Notes under the pieces: generated by a model
The model's input: the letters and a program-made list of their open reading frames with translations, nothing else
Told to the model about the DNA's origin: nothing
The model's database searches: none
Assembly: GCA_003599235.1 (NCBI GenBank)
Contig: QZJE01000007.1
Span: 16,585 to 80,584, forward strand
Length of the DNA stretch: 64,000 bases
Source: Actinomycetota bacterium
GTDB lineage: Bacteria > Actinomycetota > Aquicultoria > SURF-47
Direction of reading: 5' to 3'
Position numbers and translations under genes: made by a program
Shown here: piece after piece, positions 57,242 through 64,000 of the stretch
How positions within the stretch are numbered: the first letter of the stretch is position 1
Layout of the letters: each line of letters begins with the position of its first letter

Positions 57242-58411
57242 ATGATAGTTTATTATGAGGATAAACAAAATGATATAGAGCAAATCGCCGATGATCTTTT
57301 TTTAGTCTCTGATAAATCCTTCGAGAGATTACAAAACATTTACTCCACTTTTATGCGATTAGACTACCCATCAGCTTACATTTTGGATGGTAGTAAACAT
57401 CCAAAAAATATTCTAAAAAGATTACTGAGAAAACTTTCACATTGGTACATAAAGAGATTGGAAGATTTTGGAAGACAACATTTATCTATTGAAAAAAAAT
57501 TATTCACTAATTTGTTTGATGAAATTAATCAAATCAGGCAGCAAAGCCAAAGGAGTGAACAATTAGCAAATGCTAATGGAGAATTTTTAAAGCAATTTAA
57601 TAAAGGAATGTACATCGAAAGAATAAACAGAATTGAGAGATCCTTAAAAGATAAACACAGCAATAACTTCCCAACAAAACAACAGAGAAAAAACAAAGAA
57701 TTACCAGAAGAATTAAAAGTAGCTAATAGTATGGATTATTATATGTTTGAGAATAATTTCAGAGGATCCGAAGAAGTTATTAAAAATCGTCAGAATCAAT
57801 ATCTTAAATATTTTGTTAATAAAAGTAACGTTTTAGATATCGGTTGCGGACGAGGCGAATTTTTAGAACTCCTAACTAATCATAACGTTGAATGCTATGG
57901 AATAGATATTAATCCTGACATGGTATTAAAAGGCAGAGAAAAAGATCTAAAAATTATTCAAGAAGAAGCCCTAAGTCATTTACTTTCAGTAGAAGATGAA
58001 TCCCTGGGTGGCATTTTTTGCTCACAACTTATTGAACATCTAAGCCCCTCAGCGATTTCTAATCTTATCGAACTCAGTTGGAATAAACTAAAAAAGGATT
58101 CCTATTTTATCTGCGAGACAATAAATCCTTGTTGTGTAAGCGCTTTCATTAATTCCTTTATTATGGATCTCTCCCACGTAAAACCACTTCATCCAGCAAC
58201 CCTGAATTTCTTATTTGAGAGCAATCACTTCGAAGAAGTAAAAGTTACTTTTCTAACACCGCATGAGGAATCAGCAAAACTAAGCAAAATAAGCGTTCAA
58301 GGCCTCGACGAACAACATCTAAGAATTTCTGAATTACTAAACAGCAACACGGAAAAACTTAATCAATTGTTATTTGGCTATCAAGAGTATGCAGTAATCG
58401 CAAAAAAGTAG
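57242..58411 (+). CDS. Coiled-coil + class I SAM methyltransferase
   Basis: Helical N-terminal half, then YYMFENNFRGS, LDIGCGRGEF, QLIEHL and ETINP. Confidence 0.85.
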   Translation: MIVYYEDKQNDIEQIADDLFLVSDKSFERLQNIYSTFMRLDYPSAYILDGSKHPKNILKRLLRKLSHWYIKRLEDFGRQHLSIEKKLFTNLFDEINQIRQQSQRSEQLANANGEFLKQFNKGMYIERINRIERSLKDKHSNNFPTKQQRKNKELPEELKVANSMDYYMFENNFRGSEEVIKNRQNQYLKYFVNKSNVLDIGCGRGEFLELLTNHNVECYGIDINPDMVLKGREKDLKIIQEEALSHLLSVEDESLGGIFCSQLIEHLSPSAISNLIELSWNKLKKDSYFICETINPCCVSAFINSFIMDLSHVKPLHPATLNFLFESNHFEEVKVTFLTPHEESAKLSKISVQGLDEQHLRISELLNSNTEKLNQLLFGYQEYAVIAKK

Positions 58412-58423
58412 TAAGGAAGTTAT

Positions 58424-60274
58424 GTGAAGGTACCTAAAAGTATAACTATAATAATGTTAACCTGGAATGGGCTTAAAAAAACTTACGAATGCTTAGAAAG
58501 CCTGGAGCCATCTATTATTATGGCAAAAAATTGCAAACTAATCGTTGTAGATAATGGCAGCACAGATGGAACTGTAGAGTTTTTAGAAAGTAAGCCCTAT
58601 GTAGAATTAATTAAAAATTCTTCTAATGTTGGATTTACAAAAGCAAACAATCAAGGAATTAAAAGAAGCGAGCCTGATTCCGATATCATTTTAATAAACA
58701 ATGATTTAATTTTCTTGGATAAGGATTGGATTAATAAACTTCAAGACCTAGCATATAAGGATAATAAAAATGGGATAGTCGGTTGCCGGCTAATAAGTTC
58801 TAATAATAAATTAATTCATTCAGGAACTTACATGCCCATAGAAACCCTGTGGGGACACCAAATTGGAAGCGGAGAAAAGAATATAAATCAGTATAACCAG
58901 TCCAAACCAGTACAAGGAGTCGTTTTTGCAGTAAGTTATATTAAACGAGCAGTTATTAACCAAGTTGGCCTTTTAGATGAAGATTATTTTGCTTACTTCG
59001 AGGATACCGATTATTGTTTTAAAGCAAAAAAGGCTGGTTTTAATACTTTAGTTCACGGAGACGTAACTGTCATTCACAATGAGAACTCATCAATAAAAGT
59101 TAACAACGTAAATTTCAGAAAGCTTTTCTTTCGCTCTAGAAAAACTTTCAAAAAGAAATGGGGTAGACATTTATATCAAGACCACAAAAACCCAATCACT
59201 TGGCGTTCTATATTAGGTTTTTCAACTGGTTACGCTGCATCTTCTGGAGAAATACTAAAAAATCTCTATCAGCGTAATACAGATGTCTCTTACAAATACG
59301 CTTACGGAAGAGGCACTCCTTTCCCATATAGGGAGCCTAGACATCTGGATGATCACATGTTAAACCTTATAGCAAAACGAAAATCGAACAGAAATGCACC
59401 ACAAGTAGTTTATGCTCAAGGCGATGTTTTTAATAAAAATAATGGCCCTTATAAAATTGGCTACTCGATGCTAGAAGTTAACGGGATACCAAGAACTTGG
59501 GTTAATCAAGCTAACAACATGGATGAAGTATGGGTCCCTTCAAATTTCAACAAACAAACATTTAGAAAAAGTGGGGTTGAAAAAGATATTCACATAATCC
59601 CCTTGGGAGTGAACCCTAACTACTTCAATCCATATATAACTACCTTTAATCGCTCCAATAAGTACACGTTCCTTTCAGTTTTCGAATGGGGAGAGAGAAA
59701 GGCCCCAGAAATATTATTAAAAGCCTTTACCGAAGAATTCAGCAAAAAAGAAAACGTTTTACTTCTATTAAAGGTAATTAATAATGATGGGTCTGTTAAT
59801 GTAAAAAAGCAAATTAGAGACATGAAACTAAACGAGAATAGCGCTCAGATAATACTTATGCTGAACCAAAAGATTCCTTATTACCAGCTGGGCTGCCTCT
59901 ACAGGATGGCTGATAGCTTTGTTCTACCAACTAGGGGTGAGGGCTGGGGAATGCCTATACTAGAAGCCATGGCTTGCGGATTGCCCACTATGGCAACCAA
60001 TTGGAGTGCTCATCTTGACTTTTTTAATAACAAAGTAGGTTATCCAATTAAGGTTAGTGAATTAATATCAGCAAAAGCGAAATGCCCTTATTATGATGGA
60101 TTTAAATGGGCAGAACCAGATATTAATGATCTAAAAGCTAAAATGCGTTACGTCTTTGAAAACAAAGAAGAGGCTAAAAAAATTGGTTTGAAAGCTTCTA
60201 GTGAAGCACTTAATAACTGGACCTGGGATAATACCGGTAGCAGAATTATTGAAAGATTAAAGGCTATTTCTTAA
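58424..60274 (+). CDS. Two-domain glycosyltransferase (GT2 + GT4)
   Basis: VDNGSTDGT, INND and YFEDTD, then ERK and EGWGMPILEA. Confidence 0.88.
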   Translation: MKVPKSITIIMLTWNGLKKTYECLESLEPSIIMAKNCKLIVVDNGSTDGTVEFLESKPYVELIKNSSNVGFTKANNQGIKRSEPDSDIILINNDLIFLDKDWINKLQDLAYKDNKNGIVGCRLISSNNKLIHSGTYMPIETLWGHQIGSGEKNINQYNQSKPVQGVVFAVSYIKRAVINQVGLLDEDYFAYFEDTDYCFKAKKAGFNTLVHGDVTVIHNENSSIKVNNVNFRKLFFRSRKTFKKKWGRHLYQDHKNPITWRSILGFSTGYAASSGEILKNLYQRNTDVSYKYAYGRGTPFPYREPRHLDDHMLNLIAKRKSNRNAPQVVYAQGDVFNKNNGPYKIGYSMLEVNGIPRTWVNQANNMDEVWVPSNFNKQTFRKSGVEKDIHIIPLGVNPNYFNPYITTFNRSNKYTFLSVFEWGERKAPEILLKAFTEEFSKKENVLLLLKVINNDGSVNVKKQIRDMKLNENSAQIILMLNQKIPYYQLGCLYRMADSFVLPTRGEGWGMPILEAMACGLPTMATNWSAHLDFFNNKVGYPIKVSELISAKAKCPYYDGFKWAEPDINDLKAKMRYVFENKEEAKKIGLKASSEALNNWTWDNTGSRIIERLKAIS

Positions 60275-61232
60275 AGAAACCGGCTAATTTTTTTTGCTTG
60301 GGTTTTACAGCTGCTAGATATATATTATCCCCCCTGTTCTCTACTGTTTGGTCTAGACTAGTAAGTAATTCAAGTAGATATTTTTTTGTGTAAGGTAATT
60401 TATTTATACCGTTGTAGGCAACAGAATGCATATCTACTAAGTCATAATCAAAGCGATCGCGAGTTTCTAGCTTTTCTATTTCATAACCATACTTTGTTGC
60501 GAGTGTTCTTATTTCTTCCAATGTATACTCTCGGTTATGCCTCCCATGAACAACCTTATGAAACTTATCGAATATATTTTGGCCGATGAGCATTGAGCCA
60601 AGATTCGATAATCTAACAGCATTCGGTAACGTCAATATCAATCGCCCTCCCGGTTTTAATATTTTATAAACCTGATTAAAAACTTCAAAGGGGCTTAAAA
60701 CTAAATGTTCTAATACCTCACAACACAAGACCATGTCGAAACTATTTTGCTTGTATGGATAAGGGTTAGTTCTTTCTAAATTAAAAATATTAGAATTAAA
60801 TTTAATTGTTTCATCAAAATAATCATTTGTCATTTCCTGAGTAAGGCTACTAATTTTGGTTTCATAAATATTCTCATCAAAAAAATTAGCAAATTCTAGT
60901 TTGTGATCAAATAATTTCATCAATAAAATGGAGAAGAGATACGGGTTTGCCCCTAATTCCAAAATTCTATTTCTGCCGTTTAATGGTATGAAATCCATTG
61001 TGTGAAAAAATCTCGGCAGAGCATCATTGACATATTCTTCAGTATACGAAATATCCATCCCTGTTAACCTATAACCTTTTAAATAACGAGATACCTCAGG
61101 AGCACTTTTCCATAACATGCTTGTAAAATTCGTTCTATCAGCGTTTTGAGCAGCTCTCTTTAAAACTTTGATCTTTGCGTCAATCTCTTCTTGTTCTCTT
61201 TGCTTTTTTTTAAGCATTATCATTCCTATCAA
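60264..61232 (-). CDS. Class I SAM methyltransferase
   Basis: ILELG, CEVLEHL, LKPGG..ILT.PN and HNREYT. Confidence 0.82.
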   Translation of the reverse strand: MIGMIMLKKKQREQEEIDAKIKVLKRAAQNADRTNFTSMLWKSAPEVSRYLKGYRLTGMDISYTEEYVNDALPRFFHTMDFIPLNGRNRILELGANPYLFSILLMKLFDHKLEFANFFDENIYETKISSLTQEMTNDYFDETIKFNSNIFNLERTNPYPYKQNSFDMVLCCEVLEHLVLSPFEVFNQVYKILKPGGRLILTLPNAVRLSNLGSMLIGQNIFDKFHKVVHGRHNREYTLEEIRTLATKYGYEIEKLETRDRFDYDLVDMHSVAYNGINKLPYTKKYLLELLTSLDQTVENRGDNIYLAAVKPKQKKLAGFFKK

Positions 61233-61247
61233 GTATTTAAAGATTGT

Positions 61248-63050
61248 TTAGTTTTTTAATTTGCTTACCAATAGATAACCCTTGTTTTGCCAGAGAACCT
61301 TACCAGTTCTCCTGAAATATTGTAGATATTTCTTTGCTACCATATCTTTTCTTATTAAAAAAATAAATGATTTTTTTTCAAGTCTTAACTGTCTAGTTGA
61401 ATCAGCTACCGTTACTTTTCTAAAATCAGTTAGCATATAAAAAACCCAGCTCAACTTGGGTTCATCTTCTTGTAAAACAAATAAGCTGCTATTTGTTGGG
61501 ATAACCTTTGCAATATGTGATAACTCAATAATATTTTTATCCGGAGTAAATAGTTTGTCCTCTTCTAGAAGATATTTATTGGATAAAAACAGAGAGTATG
61601 AAGCTGCTATACTTAAGAAAATCAATATTCCAGCTGCAAGCGTAATTATCCTGGTGTTCTTTTTGTAGTAGAAATAGTGTAGGGCTCCAGCTAATCCAGC
61701 ACTAAATAAATATACGCTCAGAGCAATATGCTTATAGTAGCCATATGGAAAAGTAAGGCTAAAAATATAATAAGCCAAACCGATATAAAGTATGAATCCT
61801 GTTAATAAGATATAGCCTTTCGAGTAAATTAAAAAACCTACGATAAATAATATTGCTATCGAAAAAGATAGCCAAATTATTGCATTTTGAACTGGACTAT
61901 AGTTAGACGCTGTCATTCCGTGAGTATGAACACCAATACCTAAAGCCTCTGTTTGCGGTGTAAAATACCTGATATCACCAGCAATGGCTCTTGCTTGTGG
62001 CGTGTTAAACTCACCAATAGATTTTTTATACTTCACAAATTCGGCTACTCTTATTATTGAAGGAAAAGATGTTACGCCAATAACCAGAAAAACAATAAAC
62101 AATGTCATCAAAATTTCCCTGTAAGCACTCTTTCTTTCTCTAATAAGTTTAATGGCAATCCAAATCAGAGGAATACTAACAGCATAAAGGATCGATTCCG
62201 GATATATTGTTAATAAAGAAGCTACTATAATTGCAAAGCAGATGGCTGCTTTTATTGAGTAATCTTTAAGTAGAAATAGTCCAAAAATAATACCTAAAGA
62301 AACAAAAGGTAAAGCCATCAAATGAGAAATAAAGCCATTATAATTCCCATGAACTATTAAAACGTTGAGGCCAAAAAATAAGGCTGCCAGTGTAGATACG
62401 CGCGAACTAAAATTAAGTGCTATCGAGCTAAAAGCATATACTCCTGCAATAGCAAGCATATAAAAGAAAAGAGAGGTTGCCTGAAATGTCTTAAGAGAGT
62501 TCGAATTAAGAATACCGTTTAGCCCTGCCAAAAAAAACATTGGCCCTAGTCTTACTTTGCCAACTAATGCATTATTTAACAAAAAATAATTTGGTCTAGT
62601 GTTGACAAAGGGTACCTTGCTAGCTGAGTTATGATATGTCAAGTAGTCGCCTAAAGTAGAGGCAGTATGGGCATCAATACAATTTCCATATACACTTACA
62701 TACCCAGCCTTAATCATGGGAAGCAAAGCGATTAATAAAAGAACTATTGCAAGTAAATAAACACAACAATGTTTAACGCGAGGAAAATCATCCTCTTTTA
62801 TAATTAATAATATAAATGAAATAAAAGCAAAAATTGAATAAGGTATGATTAATCTTCCAGGAGTTATCCCAAAAAAATCAGCAAATTGAAAGACTATCGA
62901 TATCGTGGCTAATCCAAATATCGGAGAAAGTAGATAGAAATATTTCCTCAGTCTCTCAGGCAAAAAGAAATAGCTTATTAGAAAACCTGTAGGCAAAACA
63001 ATAAAAAAAGCACTTGCTATAACTTTTAATTCAAAAAATAGTACCTGCAT
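61248..63050 (-). CDS. Polytopic membrane protein, probable GT-C glycosyltransferase
   Basis: Many TM segments and an extracytoplasmic loop with D..H. Directly follows gtrB-gtrA, the position of GtrC. Confidence 0.55.
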   Translation of the reverse strand: MQVLFFELKVIASAFFIVLPTGFLISYFFLPERLRKYFYLLSPIFGLATISIVFQFADFFGITPGRLIIPYSIFAFISFILLIIKEDDFPRVKHCCVYLLAIVLLLIALLPMIKAGYVSVYGNCIDAHTASTLGDYLTYHNSASKVPFVNTRPNYFLLNNALVGKVRLGPMFFLAGLNGILNSNSLKTFQATSLFFYMLAIAGVYAFSSIALNFSSRVSTLAALFFGLNVLIVHGNYNGFISHLMALPFVSLGIIFGLFLLKDYSIKAAICFAIIVASLLTIYPESILYAVSIPLIWIAIKLIRERKSAYREILMTLFIVFLVIGVTSFPSIIRVAEFVKYKKSIGEFNTPQARAIAGDIRYFTPQTEALGIGVHTHGMTASNYSPVQNAIIWLSFSIAILFIVGFLIYSKGYILLTGFILYIGLAYYIFSLTFPYGYYKHIALSVYLFSAGLAGALHYFYYKKNTRIITLAAGILIFLSIAASYSLFLSNKYLLEEDKLFTPDKNIIELSHIAKVIPTNSSLFVLQEDEPKLSWVFYMLTDFRKVTVADSTRQLRLEKKSFIFLIRKDMVAKKYLQYFRRTGKVLWQNKGYLLVSKLKN

Positions 63051-63052
63051 AA

Positions 63053-63466
63053 TTATATATTAAGATTTTCTGGAGCGCTAAAGCTAAAATGCTTATGACC
63101 CGTGTAGCTAATGCAAACAGTAATAAGCACTATACCAGCTTGAGCAATAATGGGACTTAGTTTTAAAATTTCAACTGCAAACGGCAAAGTAACTGCATTA
63201 ATTGCGAAGGCCATTCCGTATACAACATAGAATTTAAGATATTCTTTTAGATAGTTTCCCTTAGTTTTGAACACAAAAATCTTGTAGCAAATATAGGCGT
63301 TTGTGATACCAATAATATAATTTACGACTAGGATTACTATATAATGAACAACCTTATGAAATGCAAAGTAAAAAAAACTGAAAACAGCAAAGCTGAAAAT
63401 AGTATTCCAGCCCCCAACAAAAAGATATTTGATTTTCTGCTCGTGATTTTTTATTAATTTCTTCAT
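63053..63466 (-). CDS. gtrA: GtrA-family flippase-like protein
   Basis: KYLFVGGWNT, four TM helices, VF, and HKHFSF. Confidence 0.88.
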   Translation of the reverse strand: MKKLIKNHEQKIKYLFVGGWNTIFSFAVFSFFYFAFHKVVHYIVILVVNYIIGITNAYICYKIFVFKTKGNYLKEYLKFYVVYGMAFAINAVTLPFAVEILKLSPIIAQAGIVLITVCISYTGHKHFSFSAPENLNI

Positions 63467-64000
63467 AAACCAACTGTTTTTTTGACAATGTAATTGGGAC
63501 GCTGTTTTACTTCTTCATATATGAGTCCAATATATTCGCTAACGATACCAAGCATTACAAAAAGGAAACCAAATAAGAGAAGAACAATCGTCATCAGGGT
63601 TCCATATCCAGGGAAAGGTACCCCGTAAAGTATGAATTGGATAACAATGAATATCAGGACTATAAAAGCCAAAATGGACAGGCTAATTCCAAAAAAGGTA
63701 ATCAATCTAAGAGGCAAAAGCGAATAAGCCAGCATTCCTTTGATTGCCAATTCCAACACCTTTAAAGTATGAGCCTTGGATTCACCGGCAAATCTAGGCG
63801 TACGCTCGAACTCAACTCCCGCTGATTTAAACCCCACCCAGTAAAACATCCCTCTTAGGAAACGATTACGTTCCTTCATTGCGTTAATAGTTTGATACAC
63901 TTTCTTATCTACCAGTCGGAAATCGCTTACATTTTTGGGAAAGGAGCCAGCTGTCATTTTATTTATCAGCCAGTAGAATATTTGGGAGTTCATCTTTCTT
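63463..64000 (-). CDS. gtrB: GtrB-like polyprenol-phosphate glycosyltransferase (GT2), 5' end outside window
   Basis: SDFRLVD, ERNRFLRG, R.AGESK, two TM helices, and EYIG.IY.EVKQRP.Y. Confidence 0.88.
   Translation of the reverse strand, partial: RKMNSQIFYWLINKMTAGSFPKNVSDFRLVDKKVYQTINAMKERNRFLRGMFYWVGFKSAGVEFERTPRFAGESKAHTLKVLELAIKGMLAYSLLPLRLITFFGISLSILAFIVLIFIVIQFILYGVPFPGYGTLMTIVLLLFGFLFVMLGIVSEYIGLIYEEVKQRPNYIVKKTVGL

Overview
AT-rich, densely coding 64 kb bacterial chromosome segment. It probably comes from a monoderm anaerobe: an LCP ligase, a YfhO-like GT-C and several leaderless genes fit a deep-branching low-GC Actinomycetota-like lineage, but this is inference only. In order it contains: a prenyl-synthase pair plus an amidohydrolase; a nifV-like/leuC/leuD/icd cluster split by a Cys-rich hypothetical gene; a full acetylornithine arg operon (argCJBDFRGH); pheST; a two-gene island with a 95-aa membrane protein and a 3099-aa secreted protein (Zn phospholipase C/P1-like head, Ig/MG2-like stalk, beta-propellers); an orphan trpE; a his operon lacking hisC but carrying a HAD phosphatase; and a ~26 kb surface-glycan locus (rmlACBD, LCP, gmhA-gmhB-hldE, two Wzm/Wzt exporters with coiled-coil methyltransferases, a B12 radical SAM enzyme, GtrA/B and GT-C proteins). 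I found no tRNA, rRNA, CRISPR array or transposase. The least explained signal is a set of small repeats: in-frame palindromic insertions in argJ, hisF and gmhB, a TIR-bounded structured element between hisF and hisIE, a covarying 30-nt hairpin present twice, GTAG-type REPs, and eight heptamer tandem arrays at gene junctions.
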